64,000 bases of DNA from Cyanidioschyzon merolae (Eukaryota), in the NCBI GenBank assembly GCA_000091205.1, contig AP006491.2, one strand, 5' to 3'. Below the pieces are notes generated by a model, which did not search any database, had not been told where the DNA came from, and saw only the letters and a program-made list of their open reading frames with translations. This document shows, one piece after another, positions 21,360 through 30,890 of this stretch. Position numbers and translations under genes: made by a program. The number at the start of each line of letters is the position of its first letter. Position 1 is the stretch's first letter.

Positions 21360-24133
21360 CGATTGGTACAGCGGAAGCGCGGAGGGAAAATGAACGCGTG
21401 CACGTCCTGCACGAAAAACACCTCTTTTACAGCTTCGAGGGTACTCGGTATACAGGTGACGCGGATATTTACATGTACGGGGCGATGAAGTACCTGACGA
21501 ACCTGAAGAACCATGTGACGATGAACCTCGAACGTTTCATGATACGCGCCGTGTTTGCGCTGTACCCGGGAATCTCACGCAAGGGGATATGGGCGATTAT
21601 CAATGGCGCCACGAACGATCGCAGGCATGAAGATGAGGTCGAATTTGTCGAGAAGAAGGCGTCAAACGAGAGCACGAATGAAGCTTCTGTAATCCGTGCG
21701 GCTATGCAAGAGCACGGCGCAGTCATGGGGCTACCGAATCCAACAGAAAAGATGTCAGAGTTAAAAAAAGATAAGGAAAGGTACTATCGCCTCATCCTGC
21801 GCTATTTTGTGTTTCTGAATCGTGAACTCGAACGCAAGGCGGAGATGAAGCTGAGTGAAGAGACAAATGAAGAGTGGGAGAGACGGAAGGCTTTCCTAAT
21901 GGGGAAGCAGTTAAACGTGGTTCCGTTGTGCAACATCAAGTAGTATTTTGTGAGTATCGATTCAGGCGTCCTTTACGGCATCATGAAGGAGATCAGTCCG
22001 GGGTTCAATGTTAGCAGGGAGGACTTCATCGGTGAAAACCGGGAGACGTACTGGAAGAGTATCTTCGATTTCAAACGTCTCAAAGTCAGCAAACAAAAGT
22101 TATTCACTGGGATGATCGAAACCGATGGCGTAGCCATGTGTGCACACTATCGGCGGTTGAAGAAAGAGTGTCCAGTTCCACCCTCGGCTGCACCCGTGAC
22201 GAAGGATGAAGAAAACAAAGAAGAGGATCCTGCGATGCAGGAGGTGGAGGATAACGACTTTGTCGTTGACATTACGAAGGATGAAGATGAGAAGACGGCG
22301 GATCCTGCGACGCAGGAGGTGCAGGATAACGGCTTTATCATTGGCGCGGCGAAGCATGAAGAAAACAAAGAAGAGGATCCTGCGACTCAGGAGGTAGAGA
22401 ATAACGACCTTGTTGTTGACATTACGAAGGATGAAGATGAGAAGACGGCGGATCCTGCGACGCAGGAGGTGCAGGATAACGGCTTTATCATTGGCGCGGC
22501 GAAGCATGAAGAAAACAAAGAAGAGGATCCTGCGACTCAGGAGGTAGAGAATAACGACCTTGTTGTTGACATTACGAAGGATGAAGATGAGAAGACGGCG
22601 GATCCTGCGACGCAGGAGGTGCAGGATAACGGCTTTATCATTGGCGCGGCGAAGCATGAAGAAAACAAAGAAGAGGATCCTGCGACTCAGGAGGTAGAGA
22701 ATAACGACCTTGTTGTTGACATTACGAAGGATGAAGATGAGAAGACGGCGGATCCTGCGACGCAGGAGGTGCAGGATAACGGCTTTATCATTGGCGCGGC
22801 GAAGCATGAAGAAAACAAAGAAGAGGATCCTGCGACTCAGGAGGTAGAGAATAACGACCTTGTTGTTGACATTACGAAGGATGAAGATGAGAAGACGGCG
22901 GATCCTGTGATGCAGGAGGTGCAAGATAACGACCTTGTCGTTGACGCGACGAAGCATGAAGAAAACAAAGAAGAGGATCCTGCGACTCAGGAGGTAGAGA
23001 ATAACGACCTTGTTGTTGACATTACGAAGGATGAAGATGAGAAGACGGCGGATCCTGTGATGCAGGAGGTGCAAGATAACGACCTTGTCGTTGACGCGAC
23101 GAAGCATTAAGAAAACAAGAAGGCGGATCCTGCGATGCAGAATGTGCAGGATAACGACTTTGTCGTTGGCGCGGACCCTGGGAATACGAATATCATAACC
23201 ATCGCTGTACCCAAGCGTGCGGAAGATGGTACTGAAGGTAATTTACGTCAGAAAGACATGCGTCTTTTGAGATTCTCGAGGGCAAGATATTACCGAGAAT
23301 CCGGTATAATGAATGCGAGGAAGAAAATCGAGACTTGGAATTCAGGAATGAAAGAGCGCCTGGAAGCTTTGAGCGAGGTGACGAGCCGCGGAGCGGATTA
23401 TGAAGCTTTTCGGAGATTCATGGAAGTTCGTGTTGCCCATTGGGATGCGCTGTGGAAGGAGTATACAAAGCCCAGTTGGGCTCGTCTGCGAATGAATCTG
23501 TACGGTGTGAAGCAGCGGGCGTTTGCGAATTTTTTCAATCAGTTGAGCGCCCTGAAGGAGGATGAAAGTCAGAGGCTCGTAGTAGCATACGGAGCAGGGC
23601 GATGGAAGACCCAAAAAGGGACTACGCCAGCTCCAACGACAAGAACGTATAAGGAGTGCGCACGGCGTTTTGCCTCGATACCTATAGACGAGTTTCAAAC
23701 ATCGTATACACACCATGAACTGAGGTGCACACTCCAGAGGGCCGAGATGGAAAAGTGCCAGACGAACCCTGAGGATATGAAAAAGTACGGACCGCTGACG
23801 GAAGAGCAAATGGAAAGGAGGACGAAAGTTCGAAGATTATTTGTATTAGTAAGTACAACCGATGACGGCAAGAAACGCATGGAATTCGTGAACCGTGACT
23901 TTAACGCCGTTATCAATCTAAGGAGATGTGCGGTGCTGGAGAAAAGATCTCCAGATTCGACAAGAGGGAACTTTGTTGGACAACCTATCCAAGTCGAACT
24001 ATATGAGAAAAAGTTGGAAGCAGTAGTGAGTGGCTGGTCCATAGAGACGGGGAGGCGTCTGTACGTCAGTTGGAGACTTCTTGTCAAGGGCGGGTTTCTC
24101 GCCACTACTGTACACTGCTGTCGTTCGACTTAG
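21356..24133 (+). pseudogene. TnpB/Fanzor-like RuvC-nuclease ORF (about 925 codons) interrupted by two in-frame stops (TAG 21941..21943, TAA 23108..23110)
   Basis: A single reading frame runs across 21356..21943, 21950..23110 and 23135..24133. RuvC-I-like motif: NDFVVGADPGNTNIITIAV. TnpB 'YTSQ'-like motif: IPIDEFQTSYTHHELRC. RuvC-III-like motif: FVNRDFNAVINLRRCAV (the D-x-NAA-x-NI pattern of TnpB/Cas12/Fanzor). The TAA lies where every other repeat unit has GAA. Confidence 0.65.
22230..23107 (+). repeat. In-frame tandem repeat, 75-bp unit (25 aa), two alternating subtypes forming a 150-bp higher-order repeat, about 11.7 units
   Basis: Units DPA(M/T)QEV(E/Q)DND(F/L)VVDITKDEDEKTA alternate with DPATQEVQDNGFIIGAAKHEENKEE. 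The unit resembles the sequence just before RuvC-I (MQNVQDNDFVVGADPG). This periodicity generates the long antisense ORF at 22100..23107. Confidence 0.85.
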
Positions 24134-24249
24134 AACGGCGGTGGTGGCTTGTCCATTAGCACGCGTCAACGCAGACTTAGGTGCCCGACGCTTCTTGGAT
24201 ACGCGCGCCGCCTGTAATGAACTGAGGAAACACCAGCAGCACTGGCGTC

Positions 24250-25563
24250 ATGCTTGAACGCGGTACGCTAGAAGCGGCGAAGACTGAAACGCCCGCCTCT
24301 CAAGCGGTTGTTTCGGATCACTCGGAAATAGATCGCGTCCGCGTAACGGTAACAAGCCGGGATCGACCGGGTATCACCGCAGCTATTACAGCTGTGGTGG
24401 CGCGATGCTCCTGTGAGATCCTCTCCGTGCGTCAAGTATGCGTGCGTCGACGTCTAACCTTGATGTTTGAGCTTCTAGTGAAGAACGCGTTTCCACAACA
24501 GTCTATCTTTCGTGAGCTTCTATTAGTCAGCAAGCGTATCGGAGTGTCCGTCGATTTCTCGCTACAGCCGTCAACAGAAATATCTTCCGCTGAGGCTTGC
24601 ATGCTGCAGCACGCGTCAGAGCAGTACGTCATTACCGCTATCGCGGCGGACTCGATTACTCCGGCGTTTCTCGCTGATCTTGGGCAGAAATTGCAAGAAC
24701 GGAACTTTGTTCTCGAGTCGGTGAACAAGTTGAGCCAGCATCGCCTCGGCTGCATTGAACTGGTGGTTTCATCCCCGGCGTCCTCGTCGTCCAGCGACAT
24801 TCAACAGTTTCGCTCGGAGATGTTTGTGCTTGGGCGCAAGTACGCGACCGATGTCGCCGTGCAAAAAGAGAGTCTCATCCGCAAAAGCAAACGCCTCGTG
24901 GTCATGGATATGGATAGCACGCTGATCCAACAGGAAGTGATTGATGAGCTCGCTCGCTATGCAGGCAAATTCGAGGCGGTGCAGGAAATCACGCACCGAG
25001 CCATGTGCGGGGAACTCGACTTTAGAACAAGTCTGTACAAGCGCGTGGAATGCTTGAAGGGAACGCCCGCCACCGTCTTTCAAAAGGTGATCGATCATCT
25101 GGTGTACACGCCTGGTGCGCATTTCCTGGCACATTCCTTGAAACGACTCGGGTACAAACTGGCAGTCATTTCCGGGGGCTTCGCTCCGATTGCCCAGCAC
25201 GTGCGACAGACGCTCGGACTTGATTATGCGTACGCGAACCAGCTGGAAGTTGGTCCGGACGGGTGTTTTACGGGCCGAACGGTGGGCCCCATTGTCGACG
25301 GCCAACGCAAGGCAGACCTCTTGATGGCCATCGCCCAACAGGAGCAGATCGACCTCGAGCAGACAATCTGCATTGGTGATGGAGCCAACGATTTGCCAAT
25401 GTTATCGATGGCGGGTCTCGGCATCGCCTTCAATGCAAAGCCTGCTGTCCAGGAGCGGGCAGCTTTTCGTCTCAATCGCCAAAGCCTCGACTCTGTCCTC
25501 TATTTTCTCGGTATTCCAGAATCTGAGCAGATTCAGTTACGAGAGCACAACGATGCATCGTAG
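24250..25563 (+). CDS. serB: Phosphoserine phosphatase (N-terminal ACT-like regulatory domain plus a HAD-family SerB domain)
   Basis: HAD motif I VVMDMDSTLIQQEVIDELA. Motif III-IV ICIGDGANDLPML. An ACT-like segment DRVRVTVTSRDRPGITAAITAVVA. ATG start at 24250 and TAG stop. Confidence 0.9.
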   Translation: MLERGTLEAAKTETPASQAVVSDHSEIDRVRVTVTSRDRPGITAAITAVVARCSCEILSVRQVCVRRRLTLMFELLVKNAFPQQSIFRELLLVSKRIGVSVDFSLQPSTEISSAEACMLQHASEQYVITAIAADSITPAFLADLGQKLQERNFVLESVNKLSQHRLGCIELVVSSPASSSSSDIQQFRSEMFVLGRKYATDVAVQKESLIRKSKRLVVMDMDSTLIQQEVIDELARYAGKFEAVQEITHRAMCGELDFRTSLYKRVECLKGTPATVFQKVIDHLVYTPGAHFLAHSLKRLGYKLAVISGGFAPIAQHVRQTLGLDYAYANQLEVGPDGCFTGRTVGPIVDGQRKADLLMAIAQQEQIDLEQTICIGDGANDLPMLSMAGLGIAFNAKPAVQERAAFRLNRQSLDSVLYFLGIPESEQIQLREHNDAS

Positions 25564-26841
25564 AGGCATCGGTACGTATTGGAAGAGACGCCGCACATCC
25601 TCCAAACGTGATTCGTTCCGGGGATCAGCGATTGCATTTGCGGCACGTGCTGCACGCGAAGACGATCTACGCTTCGCTCCCGCACCACGAACTGTTCGCT
25701 GAATGCGAGGGCACCGGCCTGCACCCGCCAAGGTTGTATATGTGTGTGCGCTGTTGAGCAATACCCGGACGCGCGCAACGCCGCTACGGCATATGGTACG
25801 ATGCCGAAGCGCATGCCCAGAGGCAACGAAGTTGCCGACATGCGGCTCACGCTACGTCTGCGCGTATCCTCGGGGCGCTACTGAAGCGGATGCGATGCTG
25901 CTGGGCCCTCATTGTACTGATGAGTATCGTCGACCAGATTTGGGGACGAGGTGCATGCCTGGTTCCGAATACACCTAGCGACACGTGGATGCATTTATCG
26001 CCAGGTGTCCGCCAAGTGTTCCATGTACAGCAGCAGGGCGGCAACGCAACGCGCAAGCGCTTGGGCAGCTCGCGGGAGAGCCACGAGCACGTGACTCGGT
26101 CCGGCAAGAGCCTCTGCGGAACAGCGCGCTATCTGAAGAAGCTGGCACTACGGGAATGCTCCTGGGATCACGGAATGCGGGCATGTGCATGTTGTAGCTT
26201 CTTTTGCAGCAGGCACCTGTCTCGCGATCGAGGCGCATCACAAGCGCACTAGAAATTGGAACAGCAGTGCAAGGTGATTGTCGCGATACCACGCTATTTA
26301 TCTAGCATTGCACAGTGTTGCGATGGGCGCGTTTTGTGCTTCCTGCCCCGCACTGGCATGTGCAGTTACTAAAATCAGCATGCTTTGCAGATGACTAGGG
26401 AGCCGTTTGTGCACGCTAACGCCTCGCCAGAACGACCACAATAACGAGGCGACAACGCTGCAGCAGACGTCGTCAATACCACGACCACCACCACCACAGC
26501 ACAGACGTGGGAAACCGGCGAACTGGTGGCATGCACGATATAGTGTCCATTGTCCAAGAGCGTGTTACGGAGCGCTGACGGTGTGTCGTATCTTGGCAGG
26601 AAACGCACGAATACTGATCTACACTGCCATCCTGTTCTGCGGAACGAGCTGCAGTTGGCGCCCGCACTTTTCGGACATGTACCAACGCCAGAAATTCCAA
26701 AGACGTCACGCTTCGGGTTCATAAGTGACCTGCTTTCAAGAAGCTAGTACGTTCGCCTACTTTACGCAGACGTTCGGCAACGCCACCTCTTAGAGCAGGC
26801 CGCGCGTACAATTCACATCACCCGACGGCTTGCTCCTATTG

Positions 26842-27261
26842 TCAGTCGTGTTCAAGGCCCATTCGCTTCTCCATGGCGAGGTGTACATCCAACACGCGCT
26901 CATCCAAGCTTTCCAGCCGACCAGCGCGTGCGTGAAACTCGCCAGGCTGGAGTGTTTCGATTGCACCGCTTAGTACCTCCCAGCCCAGGCACGAGGAGCG
27001 CATGGTCACTGGACGATAGACTTCTCGCATGATGTGCTCCTCGAACAGCAGCCTCAGCGGCAAGTGTGTTCCGTATACTTGAGCGAGCCAACGCACGCGT
27101 TCCTCGCGGTAACGGGTGCGGTCGCGTTCCTCCAGCACTTGCACGGGGTGGCGCTCGCGACTGATCGAATCCACGGTTTCGTACGGATTCGACCGAAAAC
27201 GGTCTCGAGGAAAGTTTCGCTGCAAGTCCAGATCGTAAAAGTCGTTTTTGCTGCCGCTCAT
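26842..27261 (-). CDS. Hypothetical charged soluble protein, about 139 aa from the first ATG
   Basis: An intergenic ORF of non-repetitive, balanced composition (..FYDLDLQRNFPRDRFRSNPYETVDSISRERHPVQVLEERDRTRYREERVRWLAQVYG..). No motif I can name. The track start at 27312 is GTG. Confidence 0.3.
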   Translation of the reverse strand: MSGSKNDFYDLDLQRNFPRDRFRSNPYETVDSISRERHPVQVLEERDRTRYREERVRWLAQVYGTHLPLRLLFEEHIMREVYRPVTMRSSCLGWEVLSGAIETLQPGEFHARAGRLESLDERVLDVHLAMEKRMGLEHD

Positions 27262-28622
27262 AACCACAGAGTCTGAGTGCGTTGCGTCCGCAAAACGTCC
27301 AAGGTCGCTCACTGCTCTACGCTGCGCGCTGCTTTCGGCGGTTCAGCTGCGCCGACGGTGCACAGCGCGCCTCGCTTGGCGGCGATGTCGAGCGGGAAAA
27401 CATAGTACGCCGCTGCGTCCTCATATTGCCGTCGTTATTCATGGTGCACGCTCGCTGAAAATCTACCGGTGATTATCGGGTGTGCTATGGGTATCAAAAT
27501 GTGGGGAATGCATCCTGGATCGGTTTGTGTTCCGCGCTGGTCCTAGCATGTGCGATGCACGACTCGAATACACACACAGGTATGCATGTGGTATTGTCAT
27601 CGTCGGTGCAGCATTTCAGAGGGCGAATGTGACGATTTCGGTTGAAGCAACGTGGGCAGGGCGTCTGCGGCAACTTTTCTGGATTCGGATCTACAGCTGT
27701 CGGATGGTCCATATGGCGGGGCGCCCTTGGCGATGCAAAGAAAGCGGGTATCGTTGGAGTGCGTTTCAGAAGTTCACTCAAAAGGAAGCTCTCTGACGCA
27801 TGACACATCAATCTGAGAGAACTGCGTCCATACATAGCGCGATGCACGTTCCATATTCAGGGATACGTCTCATTCATAGAGTGCGGGATCGACACATGTA
27901 GCCAGAATCATGTTTATAAGCGATGCTCGGCAGGCAGCGACGAAGCATGCGCGCACAGCACCTCAGCAGATCCTCCCGTATTCGATGCACATGGGACGAT
28001 TTTCCCATTTTTACAGTATAACATGGATCAATCTAACTAGCATCTTCTGTGGACGCCATTCTTTTCGGTAAAAAAGAGAAGCTTGCACCATACTGCTCCA
28101 GAAGCTTCCACGTTCCACGACTCGTATAAGTGGCGTCGGTGCAATGCGTGCGCTGGTGCGCATCGCCGCTTCCACTGGATGCGTCCACAGCAGTTGAGGC
28201 ATGCGGGCACAATAGCTCATGAGGCGGTGCATGGAGACAATTTGCGTGCTTTGAGAGCGTTCTGGTCAGTTCAGTGCCAGCAACTTGCAGACACAATGCA
28301 GGTCTCACGGGACGGTTCACGAACCATCGCGTGATCCCAAATCACTTTGCACGTGCAGGTAAAGCGCCTTCGTTTCGAAATATCGCTTTAGAACTCTTTC
28401 CCGCTAGAAGAGGAAGCCAGCCAACAAAATCCACGGCAGACTCTCACTTCGCTGAACCGTTACCAAGCCACACACTAGTCGCCGAAAACACGCTTTTTCC
28501 CGCTCGGCTATGGCTAGTCGTGGAAACTGAAGCAAAAAAACACAGAAAACGCAAGGGCATGGCCAGTTCACTCAGACGGTTCCGTCAAACAGCGCCAGCG
28601 CTCAAGTGCTTTTTCCCACGAC

Positions 28623-30599
28623 TCACTTGCGCCCAGAGACGAAGAATTGGAGCACGACGTAGCTGCACAGACGGTAGAATGCGATCATTGCGATGAGTAT
28701 GCCCGAGTTCATCCAGATATTCTTGAACTTGACGTCATAGAATTCAAGTACCTGTGCGCCATTCAACTGAATCGTATCCCCGACAACGTTCTCTGAGAAG
28801 CCCGTTTGAGAGCCGAAATTATTTGCCATGAAACTTCCAAACCCGTAGGTGTGTAATGAGATGTAACCAATCCAGCGGACCCACCAGCCGATCTTATTGA
28901 AAGTCGCGAAAAACCCACAGGTCAACATATAGGCACCGTAGACAGCAGCTCCCAGCGCGATTGCCAGGATCGCGATCGGCACGAGGATGCTGATGAGCAT
29001 CATGAGCGCCTCTGCAACCGCAAGCGCTAGGAATAAATTCCAGATGAAGAAGAAGAAACGGCCGGCTGTTGGCGTGAGTCCCACCATCCAGTATACGATG
29101 GACGAGTTCACGAGCGAGATGAGGAAAACCGCAGGAATGGAGACGAGGGTGTTTGCGATCATCCAAGAATCCACGCTATAGAGGCCGTTTCCGCGCTCGC
29201 GCAAGAACACAAGGCGCTCTTCGATGAACATCACGACGGTGCTGACAGACATGAAAGTCAGAAAAGCCGCAACGAAAAACAAGACGCTCACGATATCTCG
29301 AAGCTGGCTTTTGCCCAGCCGCAGGTACACGAGGCCAACGAATATAGACAGAGCCACATACATCGCCATACGCAGCAGGACGGCAGCGGGGTTACGTCGG
29401 TAGTTGAGGGCGTTCCGGCGGGTAAGCACTTGCACCTGATGCCAGCGAGGCACTGGCTTCACCTCAATACTCTGGCTCTGCTGCTCAGTCTGCGTCGTTG
29501 CGCGCAGTTTCTCAAGTTCCGCATCGAGAACCTTCTTCTCTTCCGACTGTGTCCACGCGTTGCTAATCTTTTCCACTTGCTCCTCGCTCGCAAAGTCTGA
29601 ATTGATACAGTCCAAGAAAAAGTCGGCTGGATTCTCAAGGTTTGGAAGTGGATACCCAATTTTCTCGAAATACTTCACAGCATGGCTGGTTGGCCCAAAG
29701 TATACAGTGCGCCCTCGAGAAAGGAGCATGAGCTTATCGCTCAGTGCCAGAACTCGGGCAGCCGGCTGGTGGATCGTGGCAACAATGGTTACGCCCATGG
29801 CAGCGAGGTTCCGAATCGAGACCATGAGATGAAAGGCGGCGGCTGAATCGAGGCCAGAGGTCGGTTCATCGAGAAAAAGGATGCTGGGCAGGCGAAGAAT
29901 CTCTACACCGATTGACAGGCGCCGCTTTTGGCCACCAGAGATACCTCGGAAAAAAGGCGAGCCCACCAACGTATTCTGCGCATCCTCTAAACCGAGTGTA
30001 CGCAGCATCTGGTCAACGCGGTCTTCGAGTTCAGACTTGGACACACTTGGACCCAGCTGCAAGGTTGCTGCGTAACGAAGCGATTCGCGAACTGTCAGTG
30101 AACCATACAGTGCATCTTCCTGCTCGACAAAGGCGTGAATCTGACGCCAGTTGGTTTGCTCACGGGGTATGTCGTTGACATAAACCGGAGTCTGGAGGCC
30201 AACCTGGTGCTCTATTCTGTCAGACAATGCAGATAAAAGGGTAGTTTTTCCGCTTCCACTCGGTCCCATGACGAAAAGCACTTCGCCGGGGCGCACCACA
30301 CCGCCAACGTTGTTAAGCAGTACCTTTTTGGTTGGCGAAGCCGACTCTATATCCGTTTTGGACACCTTCTTGCCAATCTTGAGAGGGACCTCGAAGTAAA
30401 CGTCCCGCCACCAGAGTATAGCACGTTCGTCTTCAGGAAGCTTGTCTCCATGTTGACCGAGAAATACGGGAAGTCTGGTGATGTACTGCGAAGTCCCTGT
30501 ACCGTGGCTGGACAGGGAAGCGAGACGCGCTTCGATATCATCTCGCTCCGAGATTTCCCGCCCCCTTTCGATGCCTTTGTTTTGATCTAAGAGTGTCAT
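28623..30599 (-). CDS. ABC transporter, ABCG/White-type half transporter
   Basis: Walker A GPSGSGKTTLLSAL. Q-loop. Signature ISGGQKRRLSIGVE. Walker B LFLDEPTSGLD. H-loop ATIHQPA. A six-helix ABC-2 type membrane domain. The first ATG is at 30599 (the track start at 30620 is GTG). Confidence 0.88.
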   Translation of the reverse strand: MTLLDQNKGIERGREISERDDIEARLASLSSHGTGTSQYITRLPVFLGQHGDKLPEDERAILWWRDVYFEVPLKIGKKVSKTDIESASPTKKVLLNNVGGVVRPGEVLFVMGPSGSGKTTLLSALSDRIEHQVGLQTPVYVNDIPREQTNWRQIHAFVEQEDALYGSLTVRESLRYAATLQLGPSVSKSELEDRVDQMLRTLGLEDAQNTLVGSPFFRGISGGQKRRLSIGVEILRLPSILFLDEPTSGLDSAAAFHLMVSIRNLAAMGVTIVATIHQPAARVLALSDKLMLLSRGRTVYFGPTSHAVKYFEKIGYPLPNLENPADFFLDCINSDFASEEQVEKISNAWTQSEEKKVLDAELEKLRATTQTEQQSQSIEVKPVPRWHQVQVLTRRNALNYRRNPAAVLLRMAMYVALSIFVGLVYLRLGKSQLRDIVSVLFFVAAFLTFMSVSTVVMFIEERLVFLRERGNGLYSVDSWMIANTLVSIPAVFLISLVNSSIVYWMVGLTPTAGRFFFFIWNLFLALAVAEALMMLISILVPIAILAIALGAAVYGAYMLTCGFFATFNKIGWWVRWIGYISLHTYGFGSFMANNFGSQTGFSENVVGDTIQLNGAQVLEFYDVKFKNIWMNSGILIAMIAFYRLCSYVVLQFFVSGRK

Positions 30600-30715
30600 A
30601 CGAAGATTAATAGTATCCACGACGATTTAACTTTCGTAGAAGGAACGTATGTGTTGTGCACAGTATTGGACACGGAATCAAAACACAGTAAAAAAATCAG
30701 ATTTGAGAACCGGGG

Positions 30716-30890
30716 GTGCTATGTGATAGTGTGAGACACCGGGGCGCGCGCGGAGGTACTGTGAGACTCCGGGGTGCGCGCGGTGGAGTCAAGCGTCGCG
30801 CGCGATCCGCCGCCGTCGATCCGCCGCCGTCGATCCGCCTCCATCGATCCGCCTCCATCGATCCGCCTCCTCCGGCGCGTCTCGTGAGGC
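30716..30890. repeat. Promoter-proximal tandem repeats: a 28-bp unit x2, then a 13-bp unit (ccgYcgatccgcc) x5
   Basis: gtgagacaccggggcgcgcgcggaggtact / gtgagactccggggtgcgcgcggtggag, followed by ccgccgtcgatccgccgccgtcgatccgcctccatcgatccgcctccatcgatccgcctcc. It lies about 100-270 bp upstream of the ABCG start at 30599. Confidence 0.7.

Larger units (their letters stand above)
20850..24135 (+). mobile_element. TnpB/Fanzor-like element, copy A (nearly full length; ORF1 plus a RuvC-nuclease-like ORF)
   Basis: The 5' region (gtcgtagcaaa..tcgtgtttcaaccctcaaataagtgtattcaagt..agcgttcaaagagcg) is repeated at 43.97-44.08 kb and, inverted, at 33.60-33.76 kb. The internal ORFs are described separately below. 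Sequence ends about 115 bp before the serB start. I did not identify terminal inverted repeats or target-site duplications. Confidence 0.7.

Noticed and set aside
22100-23107. A 335-codon ORF on the minus strand inside the Fanzor-like element
   Set aside because: It is generated by the 75-bp periodicity of the tandem repeat read in antisense (..NDKVVILHLL.. repeated). It has no independent coding evidence.
22230-23107. CRISPR array (regular direct repeats)
   Set aside because: The units are contiguous with no unique spacers, they lie in frame inside a eukaryotic-type ORF, and there are no cas genes. This is a coding tandem repeat, not CRISPR.
21941-23110. Whether TAG/TAA are reassigned sense codons (an alternative genetic code) that would make the Fanzor ORF intact
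   Set aside because: Host genes in the window terminate with TAG (ABC, serB, MetRS), TGA (SHMT, NDUFS7, RUS) or TAA contexts. Reassignment is unlikely; nonsense mutations or readthrough fit better.
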